DNA of 63,389 nt, counting the filler, from Octopus bimaculoides (lineage: Eukaryota), in the NCBI RefSeq assembly GCF_001194135.2. It is 4 parts of 4 records of this genome, joined end to end, with 100 filler letters (N's around TTAATTAATTAA, not from the genome) between each part and the next. Parts side by side here need not be neighbours in the genome. Positions count along the whole stretch, not along the records: positions 62,271 to 63,389 come from NC_069005.1; 3 more parts are not named here. One strand, written 5' to 3'. This document shows positions 63,102 to 63,389 of the stretch, piece by piece. The notes under the pieces were generated by a model. It saw only the letters and a list, made by a program, of their open reading frames with translations, ran no database searches and was not told the origin of the DNA. Both the position numbers and the translations under genes were made by a program. Every line of letters starts with the position of its first letter. The first letter of the stretch is position 1.

Positions 63102-63389
63102 TACACATACTACATTCCAAGGAAACCTAAATTTCACAGGCTATATTTAGCCATGGTTAGAGCTTCGTAATCCTGGATATATAGTTCCATATATTTGGAA
63201 ATTGTCTGGAATGTCTATCTTTGTGTGGTTATATAATAAGAGTTTGTTTTGGGGTTTTTTTTCTTTTTGAGGATTTCTTTTTTCTTTTTTCTTTTTTTCT
63301 TTTTTTCTTCTGGAAGTAGATAAGGTGTGTATGCTTTGATAGTGTGACTTTGAGAGGAACTGGTTTAGTTTAATTACTTATTAGGGAAT

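Noticed and set aside
1-63389. CRISPR arrays, operons and prokaryotic defence systems
   Set aside because: The sequence is eukaryotic (spliceosomal introns, SINEs); no regularly spaced repeat-spacer array was seen.

Overview
AT-rich, microsatellite- and SINE-saturated animal genomic DNA from a gappy draft assembly; the repeat landscape points to an octopus (inference). There are no long real ORFs: almost all of the supplied ORF track comes from microsatellites, N-gaps or SINEs. Manual splicing recovers (1) a complete 4-exon, 113-aa NDUFA7 (complex I subunit B14.5a) on the minus strand at 22897-30397; (2) the first exon of RPS28 on the plus strand, head-to-head with it (258 bp between start codons, TCT initiator present), the same arrangement as in human, with the rest of RPS28 not found before the scaffold join at 31.5 kb; and (3) at least one strong orphan minus-strand exon at 61402-61470. 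Mobile elements: decayed Hsmar1-like (cecropia-type) mariner, RTE LINE fragment, HERO/NeSL-like endonuclease fragment, a Dong/R4-like 3' end inside an (AAT)n tract, piggyBac-, hAT- and Tc1-type MITEs, and several tRNA-SINE families. The most unusual observation is a decayed ~320-nt tandem repeat at 6.4-7.15 kb. It carries type I hammerhead-ribozyme cores on the plus strand and a different hammerhead-like motif on the minus strand (retrozyme/Penelope-like or viroid-like architecture). Also notable are a 362-bp fold-back palindrome and a young GC-rich insertion with hammerhead-like motifs in NDUFA7 intron 1. Three TTAATTAATTAA-in-N linkers are artificial joins, so adjacency across them is not guaranteed.
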